This document shows positions 50,023 through 60,377 of a stretch of DNA of 64,000 nucleotides, piece by piece. The notes under the pieces are model-generated. The model saw only the letters and a list, made by a program, of their open reading frames with translations, made no database searches and was not told where the DNA came from. Source of the stretch: Hyphomicrobiales bacterium. GTDB taxonomy: Bacteria; Pseudomonadota; Alphaproteobacteria; Rhizobiales; NORP267. The stretch lies in contig JAJFHA010000011.1 in assembly GCA_021775875.1 (NCBI GenBank), positions 74,178 through 138,177 on the forward strand. The letters run 5' to 3'. The position numbers and the translations under genes were made by a program. Position 1 is the stretch's first letter; every line of letters starts with the position of its first letter.

Positions 50023-51450
50023 TTATGATGGTGGTTGGTAATTTATAATATCGTCTGCTTGAATCCAAAGCGGAGCACCGCGTGAAACCCGTCGCTGAAC
50101 GCGGGCCGCATGTTGCTTCGCCTGGTTCAAATCACCTTCGGCAAGATAAGCACGTGCGGTCATCATTTCAGCGCGCGCAATATCGCCCTTGCGCCCATAG
50201 GCGATTGCCAATTGGCGCAAACCGACAGAAGCATTGGGCTCGTAAGATATGGCCCGTGTCAGTTCACGAATAGCTTCATCAAGATAGCGAGACTCATCAA
50301 TCGCAACCAAAGCTTGACCAAGAAGCATACGGATCAGACCAGCATCAGGTGCCAATGCAACAGATTTGCGCAAAGGCTCAAGGGCCTGCAACGGACGGCC
50401 TGATTCCAGTAAAGCCTGGCCACGCAATTCCCAAAAATACGGATTATTGGGTTGAGATTGGATCAAGCTATCGATCTGGGTAAGTGCATTATTCACATCT
50501 ACATGCAGATACGTGGCAATAGCCCGTGCGTACCGCGCTGGCAGACCGTTGTCAGAGCGGGGGTAGCGCCGGAAAACTGAATCTTGATGTTCGAGAAACC
50601 CGAACAATTTTGCACGCATCAGGTCATGGCGCAACTGAAGCGCTGGCGGGTCGACCCGATCGAAAAACTGACTGGTTTCGGCAAGGCCTTGCAAAGCACT
50701 AACCCGATCCCGGGCCATCGGATGGCTTTGAAAATAGGGGTCAATATTGCGGCTGGAAAATAATTGCTGATCGGCAAACCGGCTGAACGTTATCAGCATG
50801 CCTTTCGAAGATTGTCCGGTTGCTGTGAGATAGCGCACCGCGCCCTGGTCGGCGGCGGCTTCTTCTGAACGCCGATAGGATTGCAAGGCGAGCAAAACGG
50901 CGTTCTGGCCACCAGACAGAACAGCCGCGCCAGCCTGACCAGCGTTGCTGTTACCCGCCGCACCACCTGCTGCCATCGCACCAATACCAATCAACATTGC
51001 AATAATGGAAGCTGACTGGGCCCGCTCTAGAGCTTCGCGCTGCCGCGCCAGATGGCCGCCGGCAATATGTGCTGTTTCATGCGCTATCACGCCGATGATT
51101 TCGTTGGGTGTTTCAGAATTCATCAACGCGCCTGCATTAATAAAAATACGCTGCCCGTTGGCAACAAATGCGTTGAACCTGGTGTCGTTGATTATGTGAA
51201 CCCTGACCGAGCGATAATTGACCCTCGCAGCTTGGAAAATCGGAACTGAATAGTCACGGACCAGGGATTCGATTTCAGAATCCCGAAGCGCTCTTAATCC
51301 TGATTGTGCAAATGCTGTACCCAGGGTGGAGCCGGAAACAAATGATACAAGCACAAACCATATCCAAACCCGCAATGCCAGATTGGGGCGGGCCGTCGTT
51401 TTCCTGTTGGTTCGTGAGGCAATCATGTATGGAATACCCTGTTGGAACAT
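50023..51450 (-). CDS. M48-family metalloprotease with TPR repeats (BepA-like)
   Basis: 475 aa with zinc motif HETAHIAGGH and a TPR-like C-terminal half. The start could be ATG 51426. Confidence 0.85.
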   Translation of the reverse strand: MFQQGIPYMIASRTNRKTTARPNLALRVWIWFVLVSFVSGSTLGTAFAQSGLRALRDSEIESLVRDYSVPIFQAARVNYRSVRVHIINDTRFNAFVANGQRIFINAGALMNSETPNEIIGVIAHETAHIAGGHLARQREALERAQSASIIAMLIGIGAMAAGGAAGNSNAGQAGAAVLSGGQNAVLLALQSYRRSEEAAADQGAVRYLTATGQSSKGMLITFSRFADQQLFSSRNIDPYFQSHPMARDRVSALQGLAETSQFFDRVDPPALQLRHDLMRAKLFGFLEHQDSVFRRYPRSDNGLPARYARAIATYLHVDVNNALTQIDSLIQSQPNNPYFWELRGQALLESGRPLQALEPLRKSVALAPDAGLIRMLLGQALVAIDESRYLDEAIRELTRAISYEPNASVGLRQLAIAYGRKGDIARAEMMTARAYLAEGDLNQAKQHAARVQRRVSRGAPLWIQADDIINYQPPS

Positions 51451-51601
51451 AGTTAAAAATAGTGCCTCGTCACTTTTGGGTCAACAAAGAGACTATAATC
51501 TCTCGAAACTGTGAGCAGATGTCATCCTGATGCTGATCTGGTAATTAAAACTGAAAGATCAAGCAGGATTGCGGCAAATTGGCGGCGATGGAAAAGTAAA
51601 T

Positions 51602-52801
51602 ATGAGCGACAAAACGAATAAAACCAATCCGCCAGATACGTCTTCGCTGGTTTCTGCGCGGGGACAGGTCGAGCCGTTTATCGCGATGGAAGTGTTGCGC
51701 GAAGCAAACCGGTTGGAAGCCGGTGGTGCTCATGTGTTGCATCTCGAAGTTGGGCAGCCGGGAACACAGGCACCCAAAACCGCTAGAGAGGCTGCCAAAC
51801 GCGCCATAGACCAGGAGCCATTGGGATATACCGACGCCCTTGGCATCTTGCCGTTGCGGGAAAGGATTTCCCGGCACTATTCCGATACCTACGGACTGGA
51901 TATTTCACCCGAACGGATCGCCGTTACAGCAGGCTCGTCCGGCGGGTTCATTCTGTCGTTTCTCGGGGTCTTTGATACTGGCGATCGGGTGGCATTGTCA
52001 GTACCCGGCTATCCCGCTTATTTCAATACGCTTGAAGCCCTTGGCCTTGAGGTGGTGACGCTGGATACCGGAGCTGCGACCCGGTGGGCGATGACGCCTG
52101 ATCAGGTTCTGGAGGCTCACAGCACAAATCCGCTTGCAGGAGTGCTGCTGGCCAGCCCCGGCAACCCGACCGGCACTATGCTGATGCCGGATGACCTCAC
52201 GGCTTTGGTTGATGTAACGAGGGACAACAATATCCAGTTGATTTCGGATGAAATATATCACGGGCTCACCTATGATGCCCCGGCAGAAACGGTTCTAAAA
52301 TATACCGACGATGCGATTGTGGTGAACAGCTTTTCTAAATATTTTTCCATGACCGGGTGGCGCGTCGGATGGCTTGTATTGCCGGAAAATCTTGTGCGTA
52401 CCGTGGAACGACTAGCGCAAAGCTTGTTCATTTCGGTGCCTGCTGTATCGCAATATGCGGCGATCGGCGCATTCGATGCGACGGAAGAACTAGAGGCCAA
52501 CAAGGCGGTTTATGCGCGGAACCGTGATTTGCTCATAAAGCGGTTGCCCGAAATCGGTCTTGGCAATTTCCTGCCCATGGACGGCGCGTTCTACGCCTAT
52601 ATCGATGTCAGCGCCCACACCAACGATTCAAAAGATTTTGCAGCAAGGCTCTTGAAAGAAGCCCATGTAGCAGTCACCCCCGGAGCGGATTTTGACCGGG
52701 TCAACGGCCACAGATATGTCCGCCTTTCATTTGCGGGGACTTACGAAAATATCGTCGCTGCTACCGACAGAATAGGTGACTGGTTGAGCAGGCAAGAATA
52801 A
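51602..52801 (+). CDS. Class I/II pyridoxal-phosphate-dependent aminotransferase
   Basis: About 399 aa from ATG 51602. PLP-lysine region NSFSKYFSMTGWRVGW. Confidence 0.85.
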   Translation: MSDKTNKTNPPDTSSLVSARGQVEPFIAMEVLREANRLEAGGAHVLHLEVGQPGTQAPKTAREAAKRAIDQEPLGYTDALGILPLRERISRHYSDTYGLDISPERIAVTAGSSGGFILSFLGVFDTGDRVALSVPGYPAYFNTLEALGLEVVTLDTGAATRWAMTPDQVLEAHSTNPLAGVLLASPGNPTGTMLMPDDLTALVDVTRDNNIQLISDEIYHGLTYDAPAETVLKYTDDAIVVNSFSKYFSMTGWRVGWLVLPENLVRTVERLAQSLFISVPAVSQYAAIGAFDATEELEANKAVYARNRDLLIKRLPEIGLGNFLPMDGAFYAYIDVSAHTNDSKDFAARLLKEAHVAVTPGADFDRVNGHRYVRLSFAGTYENIVAATDRIGDWLSRQE

Positions 52802-52830
52802 AAAGGGCCGCGAATGAAGCGACCCTTTTC
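52801..52830. terminator. Bidirectional hairpin terminator between the aminotransferase gene and rne
   Basis: AAAAGGGCCGC-gaatgaa-GCGACCCTTTT, a stem with one mismatch flanked by A4 and T4. Lies between two convergent genes. Confidence 0.55.
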
Positions 52831-52847
52831 AATTTCTATTCTGAATT

Positions 52848-55574
52848 CTATCTACGCCACCATCCGGTTTTGGGTGGGCCTGAAGGTTCACTCGATACCG
52901 GCGCTTTGGGAGCCGGGGCCTCAGGCGCTGGCGTTTCATCAGCGCTTTTGGATTCAGCCTTTTTCCGACGTCCTCGTTTTGGTGCGGCTTCCGGTTCAGG
53001 GGTAGCTTCAGTCGCTGCCTCTACCGGTGTGGATTCCTCCGATGCATCTGTTTCCGCGTCTGCTTTCTTCCGGCGGCGCGGGGCGCGTTTGCGCTTTGGC
53101 TTTTCATCCGAAGTGTCTTCGGTTGAGGCCGTCTCTGCGGGGGCAGGGGCCTCGTTCACCGCTTCTTCGCCAGCTGCTTCGCTGGCTACTTGATCCTCAC
53201 CATTTACTTCGGGCTGAACGGCATTATCTTCGTCACCCTCCTTGCGCCGACGCCTACGGCGGGGACGACGTGCCCTTTTAGGCTCTTCTTCGCTGCTGCC
53301 ATTGGCGTCTGCAGCTACCGGATCAGAGTTTTCCTGATCCGTTTCGCCCTGTTCGTTTGGTGCCTGGTCTTCACCATTGACCTGCGCCGTACGCTCGCCG
53401 GACGGTCTGCGACCGCGTCCGCCACGCCGACCGCGTCTGCGGCCGCGTTTGCGTTCGGACTGACCCTCTTCGCTATCCTCACTGCCTTCAGTGGGAGTAG
53501 CCTGGGACTCTTCTGACGGGTCATCGCCCTCTTTGGCTTCAAAATTGCGCCGCTTGCCGCCGCGCCGACGTTTGCGTCCCTGATCGTTGCGGCTATCGCC
53601 ACCTTGAGAATTGTTCTGAACACCTTCCTGGCGAATTTCCACGTCACCGCGAACAATCACATGATCGATTCCGGCTAAATCTGCGTCAGCAGCAATTGAT
53701 ACTGAAACACCAAACCTTGTTTCGATCTCGGCAAGATGTTCGCGCTTGGAATTCAGAATATAAAGCGCGGCCTGGCTATTGGTTTTGACCACCAGATCTT
53801 CACTTGAATCTTTCATCAGCGCTTCTTCAACCATGCGTAGCAAATGGAGCGCCACAGATTCGGTTGAGCGGATCACGCCGGTGCCCTGGCAATGGGCGCA
53901 AGCGTCGGTGGAGCCTTCGAGTACGCCCGAGCGCATCCGTTGCCGTGACATTTCGAGAAGGCCGAAATGGCTGATATGGCCAATCTGGATCCGCGCCCTG
54001 TCGCGTTTCAGGCATTCTTTCAGTTTGCGCTCAACCGACCGGTTGTTGCGCTTCTCGTCCATATCAATGAAATCGATGACGATCAGCCCGGCCAGGTCGC
54101 GAAGCCGGAATTGACGAGACACTTCCGCCGCAGCTTCCATATTGGTCGAGAGGGCGGTCGCTTCAATATTGTGCGCGCGAGTTGCCCGACCCGAATTGAC
54201 ATCGATCGCCACCAGAGCTTCGGTCTGGTCAATAATGATGTAGCCACCTGAGGGCAGAGACACCCGTGGGCTGAACATGGCACTCAGCTGGTGTTCAATT
54301 CCAAACCGCGCAAAGATCGGGATGGTCTCTTTATATGGCTGCACATTCTTGGCGTGGCTGGGTGTTAGCATGCGCATAAACGACTTAGCGTCTTTATAAG
54401 CATCGTCGCCAGCCACCAGCACTTCGTCGATATCTTTGGAATAAAGATCGCGGATCGAGCGTTTGACCAGGCTGCCTTCTTCGTAAACCAGGTTCGGCGC
54501 ACTTGATTCAAGGGTTGTATCGCGCACGGTTTCCCAAGTGCGAATCAGATATTCAAAATCGCGTTTGATCTCTGCCTTGGTACGACTGGCTCCGGCGGTA
54601 CGTAAAATGACACCCATGCCGATTGGAAGATCGAAATTTTCCACAATTGCTCGCAACCTTTTGCGATCAGATGAGTTGGTAATCTTGCGCGAAATGCCTC
54701 CGCCTCTGGCAGTATTTGGCATCAAGACACAGTAACGTCCAGCGACAGAGAGATAGGTGGTCAGGGCAGCACCCTTTGTGCCGCGCTCTTCTTTGACTAC
54801 CTGGATCAAAATAATCTGGTTGCGCTTGATGACTTCCTGAATTTTATAGCGTTTGGTGCGTGCACGCGTGCGGGCAGGAATTTCTTCGAGCGCATCTTCG
54901 GATTCAATTGATTCAACATCGTCTTCGTCGGCATCGTCTTCGTCCGCATCAGTGTCGGCTTCAACCGCTTCGGCTTTCTCATCAGATTCGACGCTGGTCG
55001 TCTGTTCATCTTCGCCTGCTGCTTCTACCTCGTCACTTGCAGCTTCTTCTGAAGCGGGAGCATCACTGTCTGAATTTTTGTCGGTAGTGTCGGAGTTCTC
55101 GTCATCATCGGACGATGCGTTTTCCGCATCATCAGATTTTGTATCTTCAGAACGTGCGTCTTCGGTGCCGGCGTCTTCGCTTACGGTTTCGTCATTGTTG
55201 GCCTTGGCGGCGGAGCGCCGGCGACGTCTGCGTTTCTTGGGCGCGGCCTCCAGTTCCTCTTCGTCAGACTGGGCTTGCTCCCGATTTTCCTCGGCTTCCT
55301 CATCCATCAAAGCCTGACGGTCGGCGACCGGGATTTGGTAATAATCAGGGTGAATTTCGCTGAACGCCAAAAAGCCGTGGCGGTTGCCGCCATAATCCAC
55401 AAAGGCAGCCTGCAGGGAAGGTTCAACCCTGGTCACCTTTGCGAGGTAAATATTACCCCTGAGCTGTTTCTTCGACGCGGATTCAAAATCGAAATCTTCA
55501 ATCACATCGCCTTTTACGACGACAACGCGGGTTTCCTCCGGGTGGCTCGCGTCGATAAGCATTTTGTTTGCCAT
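52848..55574 (-). CDS. rne: Ribonuclease E
   Basis: 908 aa with S1 domain halves (GNIYLAKVTRVEPSLQAAFVDYG ... KEERGTKGAALTT), a catalytic core, the Zn-link CAHCQGTG, and a long Arg/Glu/Pro-rich C-terminal tail. Confidence 0.95.
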   Translation of the reverse strand: MANKMLIDASHPEETRVVVVKGDVIEDFDFESASKKQLRGNIYLAKVTRVEPSLQAAFVDYGGNRHGFLAFSEIHPDYYQIPVADRQALMDEEAEENREQAQSDEEELEAAPKKRRRRRRSAAKANNDETVSEDAGTEDARSEDTKSDDAENASSDDDENSDTTDKNSDSDAPASEEAASDEVEAAGEDEQTTSVESDEKAEAVEADTDADEDDADEDDVESIESEDALEEIPARTRARTKRYKIQEVIKRNQIILIQVVKEERGTKGAALTTYLSVAGRYCVLMPNTARGGGISRKITNSSDRKRLRAIVENFDLPIGMGVILRTAGASRTKAEIKRDFEYLIRTWETVRDTTLESSAPNLVYEEGSLVKRSIRDLYSKDIDEVLVAGDDAYKDAKSFMRMLTPSHAKNVQPYKETIPIFARFGIEHQLSAMFSPRVSLPSGGYIIIDQTEALVAIDVNSGRATRAHNIEATALSTNMEAAAEVSRQFRLRDLAGLIVIDFIDMDEKRNNRSVERKLKECLKRDRARIQIGHISHFGLLEMSRQRMRSGVLEGSTDACAHCQGTGVIRSTESVALHLLRMVEEALMKDSSEDLVVKTNSQAALYILNSKREHLAEIETRFGVSVSIAADADLAGIDHVIVRGDVEIRQEGVQNNSQGGDSRNDQGRKRRRGGKRRNFEAKEGDDPSEESQATPTEGSEDSEEGQSERKRGRRRGRRGGRGRRPSGERTAQVNGEDQAPNEQGETDQENSDPVAADANGSSEEEPKRARRPRRRRRRKEGDEDNAVQPEVNGEDQVASEAAGEEAVNEAPAPAETASTEDTSDEKPKRKRAPRRRKKADAETDASEESTPVEAATEATPEPEAAPKRGRRKKAESKSADETPAPEAPAPKAPVSSEPSGPPKTGWWRR

Positions 55575-56337
55575 TTTAAGCTATCTCCATCGCGCAACAT
55601 GCCATTCTGTCTCCTCAAAGCAATTGCTTGCGGTGGACAGGCTTCGCGCGTCAAAACGCGCGTACCGGCAGGTGCGCCATTGTTATCTTGATAAAAATTT
55701 GTGCCGCCCAATCGTTTGGATCCAAATGCCGCAGGATCAACCGGAGCGAAAGCCGCCAGAGCAGATCTATCTGCTCCCTTCCGGGAAATTTCTTGCGATA
55801 GATAATCGACCTTGTGCATCACATCTGTACTTCCGATTTCTCTTCAGGGAGATTGTCCCGATTAAAGAGAAGTCAAACTCGCAGCCCCAAGAATAAAATC
55901 ATTCGAACGATTTCATTCCTTTTTTCGGGCCAACTCTTGCCGCCTGCCTCGAAATTGGCAAATTCGCCATCGCCGGACAGAGCGTCCAATTCTTGTTTCG
56001 CCTGCAAAATTACATCTGCAAATTCGCAGCTACGACTTAATTCCCGGTAGCTTTTCAAATTTCTTTTAAAAGCCCACTACGCTATTACACAAATAAATTA
56101 TGTGATTCTCGCGCAAGGGGCAGGCAATTTGACAAAAAACAATTTTTTCCGTCTTTGCCCGACTCGAGAATTTTATGTCACTTAGACTTACTAGGTATTT
56201 TAGGGGCGTATTACAAGAGTGATCGTCCGAATATGCTGAATGCCCACACTTATATACACTGCCCCGTGATTTACTCATAACAAAGTGTTAACGGGTATTA
56301 TTTACATATTATTACGGACAATGATCTCGGTGATCAG

Positions 56338-57639
56338 ATGGGTCCAGGTACCGGAGCAAAGCGCATTATTATGCTTCCTGCTGTTTCTTTATTTAGCTGC
56401 GTTGGTGCCATCTGGCGGATAATTTGTAGACATTTTTCAGGATTGCGTTTGGTATTTCCGGTTGCGCTGTTTTTCACAGTCACTCTTCTCGCTATCCCGT
56501 CATCACTGGCCCAGCAGGCCGATAATTCCATGCCGACCGCGCTTGCCGCCAGAATTGGTGGCGATGAAATGCGGACAAGATTTGTGGTGGATATCGATCG
56601 CCCGGTTGATTTTCGGGTTTTTATTCTCGCTGATCCTTACCGGGTGATCATTGATATGCCCCAGATAAATTTCAACCTACCTGCGAATAGCGGTCAGCAG
56701 GGCAGGGGGCTGATCGGCGCTTACAGGTACGGATTGTTGGCCGTCGGGCAATCCCGCATTGTCCTCGATGTACCTGGACCGGTCTTTATCGAGCGATCAT
56801 TTGTATTGCCGCCTCAGGATGGCGAGCCAGGCCGGCTGGTGGTTGACTTGATTCCGACTGATCGCGAAACATTTATGCGCCGCCTGAACGCAACCCCTCC
56901 AGCACAGCCCTTGCCGCAAACCATGGCGGTCCCACCAGCGCCGGAAATGCGCCAGGATATTGGTAAGCCGCTGATCGTTATTGACCCTGGCCATGGTGGT
57001 ATTGATGGCGGCACGGTTGCTGCGAACGGGGTGCGGGAGAAAGATATTGTTCTGACCTTTGCCCGTGCGCTAAAACAGCGAATCGAATCGGACGGTCAAT
57101 TCAGTGTCGTTTTAACCAGGGATACCGACATTTATATACCGTTGGCGGAACGGGTTGAATTTGCCCGCGAGCGTCAGGCCGCATTATTCATTTCACTGCA
57201 CGCCGACAGTTTTCGGGAGGCGTCAGTGCGCGGCGCTACGGTTTATACGGTTTCGGAAGACGCCTCCGATCAAGAAGCTGCCGCGCTGGCCTCAACTGAA
57301 AATAAATCCGATATTATCGCTGGCTTGGATTTGAGGAATGAGACCGAAGATGTTTCCGGCATCTTGATTGATCTTGCCATGCGCGAGACCAAGAATTTTT
57401 CGATTCAATTCGCGGAAGCTGCGATTTCCGCCATGCGCGGTAATATTCGCCTGAACCGCAACCCCCACCGATTTGCCGGTTTCCGGGTATTGAAAGCACC
57501 AGATATACCCTCGGTTCTGATAGAATTGGGGTACCTGAGCAATCGAAGTGATGTCCAAGAATTGCAATCTCAGGCATGGCGCGACAAAACGACTACCTCG
57601 TTGGTTGCCGCTATCTCGGCATATTTCAATGGACGCTAG
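56338..57639 (+). CDS. amiC: N-acetylmuramoyl-L-alanine amidase (AmiC type, AMIN + Amidase_3)
   Basis: An AMIN-like region (TRFVVDIDRPVDFRVFILADPYRVIIDMP) followed by the catalytic domain (VIDPGHGGIDGG...SLHAD...). The start could be ATG 56371. Confidence 0.88.
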   Translation: MGPGTGAKRIIMLPAVSLFSCVGAIWRIICRHFSGLRLVFPVALFFTVTLLAIPSSLAQQADNSMPTALAARIGGDEMRTRFVVDIDRPVDFRVFILADPYRVIIDMPQINFNLPANSGQQGRGLIGAYRYGLLAVGQSRIVLDVPGPVFIERSFVLPPQDGEPGRLVVDLIPTDRETFMRRLNATPPAQPLPQTMAVPPAPEMRQDIGKPLIVIDPGHGGIDGGTVAANGVREKDIVLTFARALKQRIESDGQFSVVLTRDTDIYIPLAERVEFARERQAALFISLHADSFREASVRGATVYTVSEDASDQEAAALASTENKSDIIAGLDLRNETEDVSGILIDLAMRETKNFSIQFAEAAISAMRGNIRLNRNPHRFAGFRVLKAPDIPSVLIELGYLSNRSDVQELQSQAWRDKTTTSLVAAISAYFNGR

Positions 57640-57810
57640 CAGCAAGGTTAGAACCAACGCAATTTTGCGAAACAATTGCGATTGTGCCTCGAAACAGTCA
57701 CAAAATGCCCCAACTCTTGTTATTGATAGCATAAGAGAATATCTGTTCGAGAAATGCATGCACAAGAAAGGCAAACCGGTCGGGACTAAACTTGCCGGAA
57801 GCGATCTGAT

Positions 57811-60270
57811 ATGTTTTTGAGGTTTTTTGGCTTTCTTTTCACAATTGGTACAGTCCTTGGCATCGTCGCCGCTGCTGCTGTTGCATATATTGTTTGGGGC
57901 GCTTCTCAGGACCTGCCCGATTACGAAGTGTTGGCCCAGTATGAACCGCCGGTAACAACCCGCATTCATGCAGCCGACGGAAGCCTTGTCGCAGAATATG
58001 CCCGCGAGCGACGGCTTTATTTACCTATCAATACAATCCCGGACCGGATGATCCATGCATTCCTTTCCGCCGAAGATAAAAATTTCTACAGCCATTCCGG
58101 GCTTGATTATTCAGGTATCGCCCGCGCGATTATCGTGAATATCCGAAATCTCGGCTCCGGACGCCGCCCGGTGGGTGCTTCGACCATCACCCAACAGGTG
58201 GCTAAAAACTTCTTGCTCACCAGCGAACAATCCTATGAGCGAAAGCTCAAAGAAGCCCTGCTTGCCATCAGGATCGAGGGGACTTTTTCAAAGGCCGAAA
58301 TTCTCGAACTTTATCTGAACGAGATATACCTTGGTATTGGCTCCTACGGTGTTGCAGCCGCATCATTGAATTATTTCTCCAAGTCTGTGAGTGAATTGAG
58401 CATTGCCGAAGTTGCGTTTTTGGCGGCGTTGCCAAAAGCACCGAATAATTATCACCCCATTCGCCATCCGGAAAATGCCATCGAGCGGCGCAACTGGGTA
58501 TTGGAGCGTATGTATCTGAATGGCTATTTGACATCAGAAGAATATGAATCAGCCAAGTCTACACCGCTGACAGTCCAGTTTCGCCCACCCGGAGCACAGA
58601 TTTTCGCGGCCGAATATTTTGCCGAAGAAGTGCGCCGTGAGCTCTACCGGATTTATGGCGAGAGCAGATTGTACGAAGGCGGCCTTTCTGTCCGCACAAC
58701 GCTCGATCCTGCATTTCAGGTGATGGCGCGTCGCGCCCTTGTTAATGGCCTTGTCCGATTTGACAGGACCAGAGGGTGGCGCGGCGCTGAAGCCCATATC
58801 GATATTGACGGCGACTGGGGCGCGGCCCTCGGTGAGATCGATATATTGAGCGACGTGACCCCGTGGCGGATGGCGGTGGTGCTGGAAGTGTCCGGACCAC
58901 GTGCCATTATGGGCTTGCGCCCGGGCCTTTTGCCAACCGGAGAATTATCACCTGCCCGTGAAAGCGCTGAACTGCCATTGGCCGGTGCCGAATGGGCGCG
59001 TGAAACCCTTGAAGGCAATAATCTGGGCTCGGAAATCAAGGGCGTCGACGATGTGCTTGAAGTCGGTGACGTGGTTTATATAGGGCCATCTGACGGCAGC
59101 GAAATCTGGGAATTGATGCAGAACCCGGAAGTGGATGGTGCGATTACAGTGCTAGACCCTCATACCGGCCGGGTGCACGCCTTAGTGGGCGGGTTTTCCT
59201 ATGCCGAAAGCGAATTCAATCGGGCGACCCAGGCGTTGCGCCAACCGGGGTCTGCATTCAAACCGTTCGTCTACGCCACAGCGCTTGATAACGGCTATAC
59301 CCCTTCCAGCGTTGTCATGGACGCGCCGGTTGAGATCGACCAGGGCAACGGGCAGGACATCTGGCGTCCGCAAAATTATGGTCGTGAATTCTACGGACCA
59401 TCGACGCTGCGTTTGGGAATTGAACGTTCGCGAAATGTGATGACTGTGCGTTTGGCGCAAGATATGGGCATGCCGCTTGTCGTCGAATATGCGCGGCGCT
59501 TTGGCATTTATGACGATCTGTCGCCGGTTCTGGCAATGTCGCTCGGTGCTGGTGAAACAACCGTATTACGGTTGGCCAATGCCTATGGGATGCTCGCAAA
59601 CGGCGGACGCCAAATTGTTCCAACTCTGATCGACAGAATTCAGGATCGCTGGGGCCATACAATTTTCCGCCACGACGAACGTGCGTGTCTCGGCTGTGCG
59701 GTGGAATCCTGGAACAATCAGGATGAACCTGTTCTGTCGGAAATTGGCACCCAGATCATCAACCCTCATACGGCCTATCAGATAACTTCAATGCTGGAAG
59801 GTGTCGTGCAGCGTGGTACGGCAACTACGGTTCGCTCGGTTGGCCATCCTTTGGCAGGTAAGACCGGCACCACCAACGAAGTGCGTGATGCGTGGTTTGT
59901 TGGCTATTCGCCAGATTTGGTGGTTGGTGTTTTTATCGGCTATGACAATCCACGTCCGATGGGACGGCGGGCGACCGGTGGTAGCGTAGCGGCGCCAATT
60001 TTCAGGGATTTTATGGCGATGGCGCTTGCTGACACCTCGGCTATTCCTTTCCGGACACCGCCAGGTATCCAGCTTTTCCGCATTAACGCCAAGACTGGCC
60101 TTCGGGCACAACCGGGCGATGAACTGGTTATCAATGAAGCCTTCAAGCCGGGCGAGAGCCCGCCTGATAGCTATTCGATCATCGGTTTTACTGATGAATT
60201 GGGTCGTCCGCTCACCGTTGACCCCCAGTCCGATATTGCCATTCGCTCAGGTACCGGTGGTCTTTACTGA
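57811..60270 (+). CDS. mrcA: Penicillin-binding protein 1A (bifunctional GT51 / transpeptidase)
   Basis: 819 aa. GT51 motifs EDKNFYSHSGLD, GASTITQQVAKN, RKLKEA. Transpeptidase motifs SAFKPF (SxxK) and KTGTT. Confidence 0.95.
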   Translation: MFLRFFGFLFTIGTVLGIVAAAAVAYIVWGASQDLPDYEVLAQYEPPVTTRIHAADGSLVAEYARERRLYLPINTIPDRMIHAFLSAEDKNFYSHSGLDYSGIARAIIVNIRNLGSGRRPVGASTITQQVAKNFLLTSEQSYERKLKEALLAIRIEGTFSKAEILELYLNEIYLGIGSYGVAAASLNYFSKSVSELSIAEVAFLAALPKAPNNYHPIRHPENAIERRNWVLERMYLNGYLTSEEYESAKSTPLTVQFRPPGAQIFAAEYFAEEVRRELYRIYGESRLYEGGLSVRTTLDPAFQVMARRALVNGLVRFDRTRGWRGAEAHIDIDGDWGAALGEIDILSDVTPWRMAVVLEVSGPRAIMGLRPGLLPTGELSPARESAELPLAGAEWARETLEGNNLGSEIKGVDDVLEVGDVVYIGPSDGSEIWELMQNPEVDGAITVLDPHTGRVHALVGGFSYAESEFNRATQALRQPGSAFKPFVYATALDNGYTPSSVVMDAPVEIDQGNGQDIWRPQNYGREFYGPSTLRLGIERSRNVMTVRLAQDMGMPLVVEYARRFGIYDDLSPVLAMSLGAGETTVLRLANAYGMLANGGRQIVPTLIDRIQDRWGHTIFRHDERACLGCAVESWNNQDEPVLSEIGTQIINPHTAYQITSMLEGVVQRGTATTVRSVGHPLAGKTGTTNEVRDAWFVGYSPDLVVGVFIGYDNPRPMGRRATGGSVAAPIFRDFMAMALADTSAIPFRTPPGIQLFRINAKTGLRAQPGDELVINEAFKPGESPPDSYSIIGFTDELGRPLTVDPQSDIAIRSGTGGLY

Positions 60271-60377
60271 TTTATTTGAGCCGTCTGCTTGTATAAATCC
60301 GCATTCTCCATATTGACCCTGTTCGCGACTTCATGGCCTAGTCACCCCAGTCAACAAACGATTCAAGAGAAGTGTCC

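Noticed and set aside
52848-55574. Repetitive DNA inside rne as a possible tandem-repeat or CRISPR-like element.
   Set aside because: The repeats are short, imperfect and in frame. They encode low-complexity D/E and R/P/E protein segments, so this is coding low complexity and not a separate element.
55873-56278. Small ORFs 55873..56058 (61 aa) and 56066..56278 (70 aa) in the rne-amiC gap.
   Set aside because: The first has only a TTG start and no RBS. The second is Cys/Ser/His-rich in AT-rich DNA. Neither has family resemblance.
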